Positions 18,299 to 27,804 of a stretch of DNA of 64,000 nucleotides are shown in pieces. The translations under genes were made by a program, and so were the position numbers. The number at the start of each line of letters is the position of its first letter. Position 1 is the first letter of the stretch. Below the pieces are notes generated by a model. It had not been told where the DNA came from, ran no database searches, and saw nothing but the letters and a program-made list of their open reading frames with translations. The stretch spans positions 800,001-864,000 of the forward strand of contig CBDANS010000007.1 in assembly GCA_965197745.1 (NCBI GenBank), read 5' to 3'. This stretch comes from Opitutales bacterium (GTDB taxonomy: Bacteria > Verrucomicrobiota > Verrucomicrobiia > Opitutales > PNEW01).

Positions 18299-20869
18299 AT
18301 GCGATACAGTATATTAGTATTTCTCTTTTTATTAATTACTGTCTGCTTATCTCCCTGGGCAGTTTCCGGTGAAATAAATCCGCCTGATGAATTGTTTAGC
18401 TGGGAAGAATTACCGGACTTGCCATACAAATCTGGTATTGCCGGGGCATTTGTCGGAACAAGCAACGGCGCATTGATAGTTGCGGGTGGGATGAGCACGC
18501 TTCAATCCACAAGTAAAGACGAACAATCCGTCTATCACGATTCAATTTACGTTTTAGAAAAAACAGGGGAAGGAGAATACCGTTGGTTTTCCGAATTTAA
18601 ACTACCGCATCCCGTCTCTCTGGGTGCTTCAGTCGTCACTGATGAAGGCCTTATCTGCCTGGGAGGTCGTGATGAAAACCTTATTTACGATGATGTCTTT
18701 CTTTTGATTTGGAATGCTGAGAACAAAGAGATTGGAATAAAGAATTTACCTTCCCTGCCTTATCGAAGTCATGGTTCAGCAGCAGCCCTTATAGACAATT
18801 CGATCTATATAGCCGGGGGGATGAATGAAAGTGGAATGCTTAAAAACTTCTGGGTCTTAGATCTAACCCCCTCTGAGGAAAATGGCGCTTTACAGTGGCA
18901 GGAACTTCAACCCTGGCCTGGTTTAGAAAGATACGGGGCGGCTCTCATCGCTCAGAATAATGGCTACCACCCTTGTCTCTACCTGTTTAGCGGTAAACAT
19001 GGAGATGATTATCTTAGTGACGCTTATTTTTATGATCCGCGTGAAGATGATTTAAGTAAACGATGGAAGCAAAAAGCGGATATGCCTCGCGCGGCATTTG
19101 GAGCGCCGGCAGCCGCGGTCGGTCAATCGCATATTATGATTTTCAGTGGATCCGATGGTCAAGATATTGACCGGATTGATGAGTCGGGGGACCCATATCA
19201 AATCGAAAATAATATTTTATCCTATCATACGATAACCGATACCTGGGTTACGGTCGGGCACATACCCCAGGGTGCAGTTAAGACAAGTATTGTTCCCCAT
19301 GAAGATGGTTACGTATTGGTGAGCGGAGAAATTTCACCAGGGTTAGAGTCCGCCCGGGTTCTTCTCTTACGCACCAGGAGTATCATCAAGCGGTATTTCC
19401 ATCCTCTCGATTACGCCTCACTTATATTATATCTGGCTGTTTTAATGGGGATGGGATTTTATTTTTCCAGAAGAGAAAAATCGACTAAAGAATATCTGTT
19501 GGCTGGGCAGCGTATTCCATTCTGGGCGGCGGGGTTGAGCATGCTGGCCACGGGTGTTAGTTCCATCGGGTTTATGGCTATTCCCGCGAAAGCATTTGCT
19601 ACTAACTGGGTCTATTTTACCGCAATTGTCGTTTGGTTTATCGCCGTTCCTGTTATTAATAGCTCGATCGTTCCATTTTATCACAAATTGAAAATTACTT
19701 CCGTTTACGAATTTCTTGAAGCAAGATTTAATATTTTTGTTCGTCTCATGGTTGCCGGGATATTCTGTCTTTTTCAAATCCTCGGGCGTATGAGCGTCGT
19801 TCTTTTTCTGCCGGCGCTCGCTCTATCCGCGGTAACCGGCATCGATAAATACACCTGCATTCTTCTCATGGGTGTTTTCGCCACTCTCTATACGGTGATG
19901 GGGGGCATGGAAGCCGTCATCTGGACGGATGTTCTTCAGCTCATTGTTCTTATGGGGGGCGCTATTCTTTGTATCGTCCTCGTCGTTTCAGATATCGATG
20001 GCGGGGTGGGGACTTTCTTTGATGTTGCTTTGACCGACCGCAAGATGACGATGGCCATTTTCAAATGGGATTATACAGAAGCGGTATTATGGGTTGTACT
20101 CCTGAATGCTTTGATCTATCGCCTTTTAAATTTCAGCACTGATCAAACGATCGTTCAGCGAATTATGACGACGACGGATGCAAAAGGAGCGAAAAAAGCG
20201 ATTTGGTGTGATTGCCTGTTTGCCATCCCCTGGTCTTTTATCGCATTTGGTCTGGGGACTGTTCTTTATGTCTATTATAAAACGCATCCCGAACAATTAA
20301 ATCCAACATTAGCGACCGATGCGGTCGTGCCTTTGTTTATTGTTCAAAATGTCCCCATCGGACTCAGTGGTATCATCATTGCCGGAGTATTTGCCGCGGC
20401 GATGTCGAGCCTGGACAGTTCCATGCATAGTACCGCGACAGTCATAGTGACCGATTTCTACAAGCGTTTCAGACCAGCGTCTGCCGATCATCATCTACTT
20501 GTCATCTCACGCTGGCTGACCGGATTGCTCGGAATGTTTGGAACGGGAGCAGCCCTCTGGATGGCAAAGCTGGACAGCTCGTCGATGTGGGATGTATTTA
20601 TAACCGCTTTAAGCCTGTTTGGCGGAGCGATAGGGGGAGTATTTGCGCTCGGCATCTTTACCAATCGCACGAACAGCTTCGGCGTTATTACCAGCACGGT
20701 GCTTAGTGTCATACTATTGTGTTTTGTGAAACTATTTACCGAGATTCATTTTTTCCTTTATTCCTTTGTCGGCATGTCAGTAGGAATTATTTTAGGGTAC
20801 GGCTTGAGTTTCATCACCCCCGGTAAACCGAAATTCGAAGGATTGACGATTCATAGCCTGAAGGGCTGA
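18299..20869 (+). CDS. Kelch beta-propeller (NanM-like) fused to sodium:solute symporter
   Basis: Signal peptide; Kelch repeats (IVAGG, ICLGG, IYIAGG, YLFSG); SSS motifs GGMEAVIWTD and AAMSSLDS. The ATG at 18299 is preferred because the upstream frame is repeat-derived. Confidence 0.9.
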   Translation: MRYSILVFLFLLITVCLSPWAVSGEINPPDELFSWEELPDLPYKSGIAGAFVGTSNGALIVAGGMSTLQSTSKDEQSVYHDSIYVLEKTGEGEYRWFSEFKLPHPVSLGASVVTDEGLICLGGRDENLIYDDVFLLIWNAENKEIGIKNLPSLPYRSHGSAAALIDNSIYIAGGMNESGMLKNFWVLDLTPSEENGALQWQELQPWPGLERYGAALIAQNNGYHPCLYLFSGKHGDDYLSDAYFYDPREDDLSKRWKQKADMPRAAFGAPAAAVGQSHIMIFSGSDGQDIDRIDESGDPYQIENNILSYHTITDTWVTVGHIPQGAVKTSIVPHEDGYVLVSGEISPGLESARVLLLRTRSIIKRYFHPLDYASLILYLAVLMGMGFYFSRREKSTKEYLLAGQRIPFWAAGLSMLATGVSSIGFMAIPAKAFATNWVYFTAIVVWFIAVPVINSSIVPFYHKLKITSVYEFLEARFNIFVRLMVAGIFCLFQILGRMSVVLFLPALALSAVTGIDKYTCILLMGVFATLYTVMGGMEAVIWTDVLQLIVLMGGAILCIVLVVSDIDGGVGTFFDVALTDRKMTMAIFKWDYTEAVLWVVLLNALIYRLLNFSTDQTIVQRIMTTTDAKGAKKAIWCDCLFAIPWSFIAFGLGTVLYVYYKTHPEQLNPTLATDAVVPLFIVQNVPIGLSGIIIAGVFAAAMSSLDSSMHSTATVIVTDFYKRFRPASADHHLLVISRWLTGLLGMFGTGAALWMAKLDSSSMWDVFITALSLFGGAIGGVFALGIFTNRTNSFGVITSTVLSVILLCFVKLFTEIHFFLYSFVGMSVGIILGYGLSFITPGKPKFEGLTIHSLKG

Positions 20870-20945
20870 TAAAAAATCGATAGATTTTTTGTGTTAAGTT
20901 TTAAGTAAGAAGGATTAGATTTCTCTATGACTAAACTCAGAGCAG

Positions 20946-20970
20946 TCCCTTCGACTGCGCTCAGGGCAGG
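20946..20970 (-). repeat. Short palindromic element CCTGCCCTGAGCGCAGTCGAAGGGA
   Basis: Hairpin resembling the CCTGTC micro-insertion family; single copy. Confidence 0.55.
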
Positions 20971-21037
20971 TTGGGTTCGGAGATTGATCGAAATCGATTG
21001 ACCCCTCTCGCTCTACATTAGAGCGTATGAAGATTCG

Positions 21038-21892
21038 ATGAAAACTTTTGACATCGACCACCATACAAACGAACTTGAACACGAGGGATATACTATTCTC
21101 CACGATGTTATGTCGAAGTCGGAGCTCGATGCGACGAAACAGGCGATTGAAGAGACGTTGAATGCTGAAGAAACCCTTGGTCGCAAGTATGGATTACAGA
21201 ATGAAAACCTGCGGATGTCATTCAATGTCCAAAGCAAGCACCCTCATTTCTGTGGTATGCCCCTGCGTAGTCCGGAACCGGTTGAGGTCGCTCGAAGTGT
21301 GTTAGGTAAAGACATGTTCGCGCACGATGTCACAATCCGGACGCCATTACCGACCGGCAAAAAGAACTGGAGCAAGTATGGGGGAAATCTGCACACGGAC
21401 TGGCCCGATTTCACCGTAAAACCTTTCATCGGTGGCAAGCATTACCCAATGGCTATACAGTCCGTATGGGCGGTGTCTGAATTCACCGAAGAGACCGGGG
21501 GCCCGATGATCTGGCCGAGATCCCATATGTCACTTAAAGTCCCCCCCGAAGAACCTGATAATTTACCGCCGGGTTGGATTATTGCTGAAGCACCGGCAGG
21601 TTCTGTTGTCATGTGGGATTCAGGTCTTTGGCATACCGGTGGGGTCAACTGCAGTGACAGACCGAGGTATTCGCTTATCTTTTACTTTCAGCGATGGTGG
21701 ATCAAGGGTTTCAACGATTCTTACCGCTTTGTCTCACCTGAGGTGCGCACTGCGATGACTGAAGAAGAATGCAGGATGTGGGGCCTTGAGGCAGGGATTC
21801 CGCCTAATACCCATCTTCGAGGGATGAGCACTGAGCAGATAGCTGCATTGACACCTGAAGAAAAGGCAGTGTTAAATATCGCTCCTTACTAA
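21038..21892 (+). CDS. PhyH family Fe(II)/2-oxoglutarate dioxygenase
   Basis: GY.IL, LHTD, P.SH, AGSV....LWH.GG.N.S..PR. Confidence 0.9.
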   Translation: MKTFDIDHHTNELEHEGYTILHDVMSKSELDATKQAIEETLNAEETLGRKYGLQNENLRMSFNVQSKHPHFCGMPLRSPEPVEVARSVLGKDMFAHDVTIRTPLPTGKKNWSKYGGNLHTDWPDFTVKPFIGGKHYPMAIQSVWAVSEFTEETGGPMIWPRSHMSLKVPPEEPDNLPPGWIIAEAPAGSVVMWDSGLWHTGGVNCSDRPRYSLIFYFQRWWIKGFNDSYRFVSPEVRTAMTEEECRMWGLEAGIPPNTHLRGMSTEQIAALTPEEKAVLNIAPY

Positions 21893-21910
21893 GCAAACTG
21901 CGAATTTATT

Positions 21911-22606
21911 ATGGACAAAAATTCTATACCCAAAGTAGTCGAGGATCTACGCGGATACGACAGCGCAACCATTTCTAATGCTATCGAACATTTCGAGGTA
22001 CGGGATCCCACGATGGGCTTTGCCAATAATGAATTGATCTGTCAGTTTCCTGAAATCGGTACACCGATGGTCGGCTACGCGCTTACCGCGACAGCCGATT
22101 CCACTACACCCGGCGACAAAAGAACGTCACGAGTAGACGATCTTGCTGGCCATATCGATGCGGCACCCAATCCTGTCATCCTCGTAGTACAGCATGTCGG
22201 ACATGATCGCAAACGCTGCTGTTTATTTGGGGACATGTTTTGCACCTTTGCTGAAAGGCTTGGCATGGTTGGGGTCGTTACCGATGCCAATTGCCGAGAC
22301 CGAACAGCGATCCGCAAGCGCACACCTGATTTCCATGTATTTTCTGCTGGATGGGTTGTATCACACGGATACGGCGCCTTCCTCGACTTCAACGTTAATA
22401 TTGAAGTCGGAGGACTGACCGTTGCCCCAGGTGACCTGTTGCACGGTGATGAGAGTGGGCTGGTCTCTGTCCCAAAAGACATCGCCGATGATGTTGCAAA
22501 ACGTGCAAAGGACGTCCTTCAGGAAGAAGCCGATTTCTTTAAATTTTTGAAAAGCGATGAATTTACCCTGGAAAAACTCCAGCGTCGAGTTATCCCGCAT
22601 GATTGA
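21911..22606 (+). CDS. RraA/HMG-aldolase family protein
   Basis: MVGYALT, FGDM, V.D..CRD, V.PGDLLHGDESGLVSVP. Confidence 0.88.
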   Translation: MDKNSIPKVVEDLRGYDSATISNAIEHFEVRDPTMGFANNELICQFPEIGTPMVGYALTATADSTTPGDKRTSRVDDLAGHIDAAPNPVILVVQHVGHDRKRCCLFGDMFCTFAERLGMVGVVTDANCRDRTAIRKRTPDFHVFSAGWVVSHGYGAFLDFNVNIEVGGLTVAPGDLLHGDESGLVSVPKDIADDVAKRAKDVLQEEADFFKFLKSDEFTLEKLQRRVIPHD

Positions 22607-22610
22607 ATGG

Positions 22611-22688
22611 AGTCAAAGGTCGAAGGTCAAAAGTCAAAAGCAAATTGTGAAATTCCGACCTTCTACTTTAGACCTTGGACATTAGACT
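22611..22688. repeat. Inverted heptamer arrays between convergent genes
   Basis: GTCAAAG GTCGAAG GTCAAAA GTCAAAA ... GAC CTTCTAC TTTAGAC CTTGGAC ATTAGAC. Confidence 0.7.
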
Positions 22689-22694
22689 CTTTCC

Positions 22695-23570
22695 TTAATG
22701 CCGTATCTTCTCCTGCAAGGCAGCGGTTTCTTCCATTTGCTTCATAAACGGAAGCGTCTGACGCACGAGTGTTTTCCAGTCGGGTAATGCGGGAATACTG
22801 TCCAACGCCAGATAACCACTGAACCCAATCTCGTTCAGAGTGCGGATCACGTCGAGGAAATCGATGTGCCCGGTCCCGGGTGCCTGCCGGTTGCTGTCGG
22901 CCAGGTGGATATGGTATAGACGGTCGCCCGCCCGCCGCAACGCTTCAGTGATCGGACCCTCCTCCATGTTGACGTGAAAAAAGTCGGCCAGGATATAGAG
23001 GTTGTCCATCGCTAATTGTTCCACTAGTCCCATCACTTCCGGAATAGTATTCATAAATCCGGAATATGATTCGAATCGGTTTATCGGCTCGATCGCAATA
23101 TTCACGTTACGCTCCGCGGCGTACTTTGTGATATCTTCTGTCGTACGTAAGAAATTCTCGCGTAGGTCGTTATATGGTATGCTCGTGCGCGGGTATCCTG
23201 ATTCGACTGGGCAGGGCACAATCTCATAGCAGGGTGGCTCCTCGAACGTGGCCGCCAGATCGACACACTTCTTTGCGTATTGGACGGCATTAGCGCGGAT
23301 CGCCGCATCGGGAGAGGCTAAATTCCGCTCTTCCCCTGCGTGCCAGTAACCCCAGGCGCCAACGAGAAACGGGATCTTCAGCCCGAGGGAAGTGGCCATA
23401 TCTCGAACCTCGTTGAATTGCTCTTCAGGAATTCGATCCGGTTCCGCATCGAGGTCGACACCATTGTATCCCGCTTCCGCAACTGTCTCCAACACTTCGC
23501 GGGGGTTCTTCCAGACATCCCCACCATCGGCGGCAAGGGTGCAAAGGATGACTGAATATTTATGGCTCAT
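22695..23570 (-). CDS. Sugar phosphate isomerase/epimerase (ketose 3-epimerase-like)
   Basis: IEPINRFE, DFFHVNMEE, HIHLADSNR..PG.GHIDF. Confidence 0.88.
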   Translation of the reverse strand: MSHKYSVILCTLAADGGDVWKNPREVLETVAEAGYNGVDLDAEPDRIPEEQFNEVRDMATSLGLKIPFLVGAWGYWHAGEERNLASPDAAIRANAVQYAKKCVDLAATFEEPPCYEIVPCPVESGYPRTSIPYNDLRENFLRTTEDITKYAAERNVNIAIEPINRFESYSGFMNTIPEVMGLVEQLAMDNLYILADFFHVNMEEGPITEALRRAGDRLYHIHLADSNRQAPGTGHIDFLDVIRTLNEIGFSGYLALDSIPALPDWKTLVRQTLPFMKQMEETAALQEKIRH

Positions 23571-23664
23571 GATCTTGTTCCCTGGGATCGACAAGTGTGG
23601 CTTGCCTTATAACTCATGTCAAGGGGTTGGGTGTTTGGTCTAATTGAAGTGAGTTCAGAGAAAT

Positions 23665-23962
23665 CATCGTCTTCGCCCATACCTGTCTAAATACTTAAAT
23701 TTATAGGTAGTATAATTAAGACTATTTTTCAAACTACCCAACAGACGCGACGACGCGCGTCCCTCCAGAAAAGAACAAATGGGAGGGCCACGCGTCGTCG
23801 TGGCCGCTTAGGAGAATGATCATACAATTGAGATAAATTTAAATAGGATAAAGATTATACTCAAGACACTTTCATTTTTGTGTATCTTGTGCTTTTGGAA
23901 GATGTCGCCCTGCTATTGCAGGACTCGGAAGTGGCTATCAAATCGTGGACGAAATCGAAGCT
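23665..23962. repeat. Composite intergenic repeat (REP pair plus TTGTGC/GTGGCT repeat carrying a micro-insertion)
   Basis: Collinear with 16016..16345, including the GGATAAARATTATACTCA spacer. Confidence 0.85.
23897..23930 (-). mobile_element. 34-nt TWCCGAR-family micro-insertion in an intergenic repeat
   Basis: TAGCCAC[TTCCGAGTCCTGCAATAGCAGGGCGACATCTTCC]AAAAGCAC versus empty TAGCCAC-A-AAAGGCAC. Confidence 0.8.
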
Positions 23963-23969
23963 TGACTGC

Positions 23970-24731
23970 TCAAACAAGCTTATCGTCAGCTGAATCCTGT
24001 GGCTCGAATCCGACAGTCTCGCGGGCGTGGGTGATGTCGCGGTAACTCCATTTGTTATTCGATACGCCGTAAAAAATATCGTATTTCAAACTTTCTGGTG
24101 CTTCGATGCATTTTTCTACTAATTGTGCAATGTCACGCTGGCTGCACCAGATTGCATTCTGTCTTGTTTGAAGGGGCCGATCTTCACGGTTAACTCCACC
24201 TATGCGCAGGCAGATGATGGAGAGGTCGGTGGTGTCAGTGAAATGACGTGCCAGAGCCTCACCCCAAACTTTGCTCGCTCCATAAAGACCAATAGGACGC
24301 GTAACTGATTCATGCGTCATCATCTCCCAGGAGTCAGGAGCTTCATCATAATTTCCTTCAGCAATCGCCTTATAGGGATTCTCTTTTTCCCAACCGGCAA
24401 TGGTCGCACCACTACTGGCTGATATAATACGTTTAACCCCGACCTGTCTTGACGCCTCAAAGACATTGTAGGTGCCAATTACATTAGCATTGTGAATTTT
24501 ATCCCAGGTTGCGCCTAATTTCGCGAATGCTGCCATATGAACTACGACATCTTGGCCTTCAAATGCCGGTCGTATCGCATCAAGGTCGGCAATATCAGCC
24601 TGGTGACATTTAACTCCAGGCACATCACTGCGGTTGAGCGCGCTGAGTTCATACTTGCCCTCTAATTGTTTACGCACAGCGCCACCGATGAGCCCGCTCA
24701 TTCCCGTTATCAATACACTTTTATTATTCAT
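23970..24731 (-). CDS. NAD-dependent epimerase/dehydratase (uronate dehydrogenase-like)
   Basis: TGMSGLIG, ASS, YGASK, CLRIG. Confidence 0.87.
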   Translation of the reverse strand: MNNKSVLITGMSGLIGGAVRKQLEGKYELSALNRSDVPGVKCHQADIADLDAIRPAFEGQDVVVHMAAFAKLGATWDKIHNANVIGTYNVFEASRQVGVKRIISASSGATIAGWEKENPYKAIAEGNYDEAPDSWEMMTHESVTRPIGLYGASKVWGEALARHFTDTTDLSIICLRIGGVNREDRPLQTRQNAIWCSQRDIAQLVEKCIEAPESLKYDIFYGVSNNKWSYRDITHARETVGFEPQDSADDKLV

Positions 24732-24778
24732 TTTCTTCTCCTTCAATCCCTTGATTTAAACCCCTTTGACCCTGTAAA

Positions 24779-25465
24779 CTACATAATCCCGTAGGTATCG
24801 AAAGCTTCCTGGGAGGGCATTCCCTCTTCAATAGATTTTCGGACCAGGTTCTCTCCTCTAACTTTTTCCAGCGCACTATTCACTACATCCTCTTCATGCT
24901 CGTGAGGAATAATGACAACGCCATCCAAATCACCGAAAACAATGTCTCCAGGGCTCACCTCAACTCTGTTTGAAAACATAATTTTACAACGAAAGTCGAC
25001 GACCCGACCACGAATGCCCTGGTCCTGCGCAAAACGCCCGGTGGAAAAAGCAGGAAAATTTAAGGCCAGGATTCCTTTGCTGTCGCGACTCACGCCGCCA
25101 ACTACCGCTCCCGCGGCTTTCTGTTTCAGCGCGCGAACACTCATGAGTTCTCCCCAGAGGGCGTAGGTCGGTGAAGCCCCGGTGGCGATATAAACTTCAC
25201 AGGTATTTAAATCGTCCAGGGCTTTAAACATTAAACCATAGGGCTTATCACGGCCCTTCTCGAAAGGTACCTGTTCACTGTAATCCGCTTCCTGTACGGG
25301 CATCGCTCTGCCAGCGACAATCATATCATCGCGCAGAGGCTGAATCTCCTTAGGTAAAAATTGACGGGTTAAATCCATATCATCCATGACATCTCCAACT
25401 ACAGCCGGAAATAACTCCCGCTTGAGAAGATCCATAAGTTCGGTATCGTTATTCCAGTCTGCCAT
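24779..25465 (-). CDS. RraA family protein
   Basis: AVVGDVMD, ALWGELMS, RD, V.PGDIVFGDLDGVVIIP. Confidence 0.88.
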   Translation of the reverse strand: MADWNNDTELMDLLKRELFPAVVGDVMDDMDLTRQFLPKEIQPLRDDMIVAGRAMPVQEADYSEQVPFEKGRDKPYGLMFKALDDLNTCEVYIATGASPTYALWGELMSVRALKQKAAGAVVGGVSRDSKGILALNFPAFSTGRFAQDQGIRGRVVDFRCKIMFSNRVEVSPGDIVFGDLDGVVIIPHEHEEDVVNSALEKVRGENLVRKSIEEGMPSQEAFDTYGIM

Positions 25466-25492
25466 ATCCTGTGGGTGATTTTTGATTATAAT

Positions 25493-26734
25493 TCAATGAG
25501 AGGTCAAGCGATCTGCGCTTGCCATTCCGGTGAGTGTCGATGTCAATTCTTTTACATCTATTGATTGCTTTTGTAATGGACGGCAATTCATCGTCGCTGA
25601 GGTCTCTCTAAATCCTGAACCGCTGACCATGGCTACGACACTATCCTGGGATTGGACTTTTCCTGAATTTAATAATTTACTCACTCCTGCAAGGCAAGCG
25701 CCGCTCGATGGTTCTATATACAGTCCCTCCTTATGGCCAATTTCCTGTTGTGCGTTCAGTGCTTCTTCATCGGTGACAGAGATAAAATAGCCCTGCGATG
25801 CTTTCACCGCACGCGGTGCTTCAAGCTGATCGGGAGGGTAAGGATGCGCCAATTTTACGAGTACTGATGGTGGTGAATCTTTAAAGGGCATGGCCATTAC
25901 CTCTTCCCAATTCGATATTCCCTTATCCAATGCGACTTCCAAGGCATTGTAATCCCGGGGGACTACACCGATCATTTTCGGACAGAATGGTATAACTTTT
26001 AATTTTTTTAGATCATCAAAACCCCGCCAGATTCCCGAGATACTCCCACCGCCACCAACCGGGACTACCATCCACTCCGGTGCGCGACCCAATTGTTCGA
26101 CAATTTCAAAGGCGATCGTTTTATTACCCTCACTTTGGTAGGGATTTGAATTTCTACTCGTGGAGGTAATATAGAGTCCTTGCTCGCGGCAGATATCAGC
26201 GACTTGATTTACAACCATGTCAATTTCACCGTTGACTTCCAGGAGGGTAGCGCCCAGCGCGAACAGAGGGTACAATCTTTCGGCCGGTGTCCCCTCACAC
26301 ATCACAATTACACTGCGCATTCCGGCGCGAGCCGACAATGCCGCGTTGGAAATGCCTGCGCTACCGGTCGAGACAATAAAGGAGACCTGAGCGTCGATAC
26401 TTTTCCCATGATTAATGGCTACGGACAGCGAGCGATCCTTATGTGACCCGGTGGGATTGCGCGTTTCGTCTTTTACATAAAAATTATGGTTGGCAAAGGC
26501 AGGACACGAAAGCAAAGGGGTCCCCCCCTCATCAAGGGTTACTATATTTTCGGGATTTTGAATCGGTAAAAGAGGCCAATAGCGCCACATGTTTTCGCTG
26601 TAGCGATCATCCCATTTAACAGCGTCATAATTATAGCGGAAGCTGAGAAGACCATTGCAGCCAGTGCAAACCATCGACGCGGGATCGGTTTCTTCCCGTT
26701 CACATTCAATACATATTTTTTGAAAGTGGCTCAT
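25493..26734 (-). CDS. Threonine synthase-like PLP enzyme (fold type II)
   Basis: N-terminal CxxC..CxxC, EGGTPL, NPTGSHKDR, PVGGGG, EPSS. Confidence 0.85.
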   Translation of the reverse strand: MSHFQKICIECEREETDPASMVCTGCNGLLSFRYNYDAVKWDDRYSENMWRYWPLLPIQNPENIVTLDEGGTPLLSCPAFANHNFYVKDETRNPTGSHKDRSLSVAINHGKSIDAQVSFIVSTGSAGISNAALSARAGMRSVIVMCEGTPAERLYPLFALGATLLEVNGEIDMVVNQVADICREQGLYITSTSRNSNPYQSEGNKTIAFEIVEQLGRAPEWMVVPVGGGGSISGIWRGFDDLKKLKVIPFCPKMIGVVPRDYNALEVALDKGISNWEEVMAMPFKDSPPSVLVKLAHPYPPDQLEAPRAVKASQGYFISVTDEEALNAQQEIGHKEGLYIEPSSGACLAGVSKLLNSGKVQSQDSVVAMVSGSGFRETSATMNCRPLQKQSIDVKELTSTLTGMASADRLTSH

Positions 26735-26939
26735 CGGTAATAATTATTTCAAACAGTCTCCCGGTGGCGGAGACTGTGCCGGGTTACACAAAAGCTAGAA
26801 GTGAACTAAGACACAGAAAAAGCAAGAGAGATTTTAGAGGAAGAGCCCGTGTCATCTCGCGGAAAGTGGAGGGCCACGCGTCGTCGTGGCCGTGGTTGTA
26901 ATATTTAAAAAGATTAATAAAATGGAGGGACGCGCAATG

Positions 26940-26979
26940 CCTGTCGGCCATAGCCCCGCAGTTGTGGGGTGACGGCTGA
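26940..26979 (+). mobile_element. 40-nt CCTGTC...GCTGA micro-insertion in a REP loop
   Basis: GGAGGGACGCGC AATG[insert]TCGCGTCC. Confidence 0.75.
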
Positions 26980-27019
26980 TCGCGTCCGCTTAGGAGCATG
27001 ATTATAGGATAGGAGATAT

Positions 27020-27053
27020 GGAAGATGTCACCCTGCTGTTGCAGGGTTCGGAA
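27020..27053 (-). mobile_element. 34-nt TWCCGAR-family micro-insertion
   Basis: TAGCCAC[TTCCGAACCCTGCAACAGCAGGGTGACATCTTCC]ATAT; stem changes are compensatory relative to the 23897 copy. Confidence 0.78.
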
Positions 27054-27173
27054 GTGGCTATCAAATCGTGGATGAAGACGAAGAAACAGACGAAGACGAA
27101 GATTATTATTGATATCATTCCCATCCAATCATCCAGGCATCCATCCTTCCACTTTTGTGAATTTTGTGCCTTT

Positions 27174-27196
27174 GAAAGATCTCGCTACACTCGGTA
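27174..27196 (-). mobile_element. 23-nt minimal TWCCGAR-family micro-insertion
   Basis: TAGCCAC[TACCGAGTGTAGCGAGATCTTTC]AAAGGCACAAAA versus empty TAGCCAC-A-AAAGGCACAAAA. Confidence 0.75.
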
Positions 27197-27376
27197 GTGG
27201 CTATTCTAATCGAAGACGAAGACGAAGACGAGGAGGCAGACGAAGATACTAATTATTGCATAGCCCAAGAGGAATGGTGCGACCATCTGAAATTGTCAGA
27301 GTAGAGGAAAATTTCAAATCCGGGATATGTATCCTGAATCCGACTCGTGAATACAGCTGGTCCCTATCTTAACCCT

Positions 27377-27727
27377 TCAATTTCTCTGAAGCAGATCGAG
27401 CTGCTTTTTCAGTTCAGTTTCGCGACGCATAAGATTTATTCGTTCTCGAGTCGCTTTTAATTCTGCATGAAGTTGCCATTCAGTTTCGGAGGGCGTATCA
27501 AACATCAGATCAGGGAATTGAAGCCAGAACGCTAATAACTTTCGCGGTGAAATTTGGTGATAATATTTTTTTCCTGCATTAGTATTTTGGAATAAACCTG
27601 TCTGAACAATCGAAGAATCTGAGGTTTTCAACGCTTCAGATTTCGATTTATAATTTCCCCAGACCGGGGTTAGGGATAAAGTGGTGACGAGAATTATAAG
27701 GCGAAGGCTTCGTTTCATAAAAATCAA
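27377..27727 (-). CDS. Hypothetical exported protein
   Basis: Signal-peptide-like N-terminus and coiled C-terminus. Confidence 0.55.
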   Translation of the reverse strand: MIFMKRSLRLIILVTTLSLTPVWGNYKSKSEALKTSDSSIVQTGLFQNTNAGKKYYHQISPRKLLAFWLQFPDLMFDTPSETEWQLHAELKATRERINLMRRETELKKQLDLLQRN

Positions 27728-27804
27728 TTAGAAAAAATGCAAAAATTTTGAATCACAATAAAGATTAATAAAGTTAGGTTTAAACTGAAAGGTGAATTAC
27801 TATC

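Larger units (their letters stand above)
26868..27246. repeat. Composite intergenic repeat region with three nested micro-insertions
   Basis: REP-like palindromes, GACGAAG arrays and GTGGCTA repeats. Confidence 0.85.

Noticed and set aside
26784..27128. 114-aa ORF, and the similar ORFs at 39490..39693, 54915..55097 and 5563..5748
   Set aside because: Chance translations of intergenic repeat modules.
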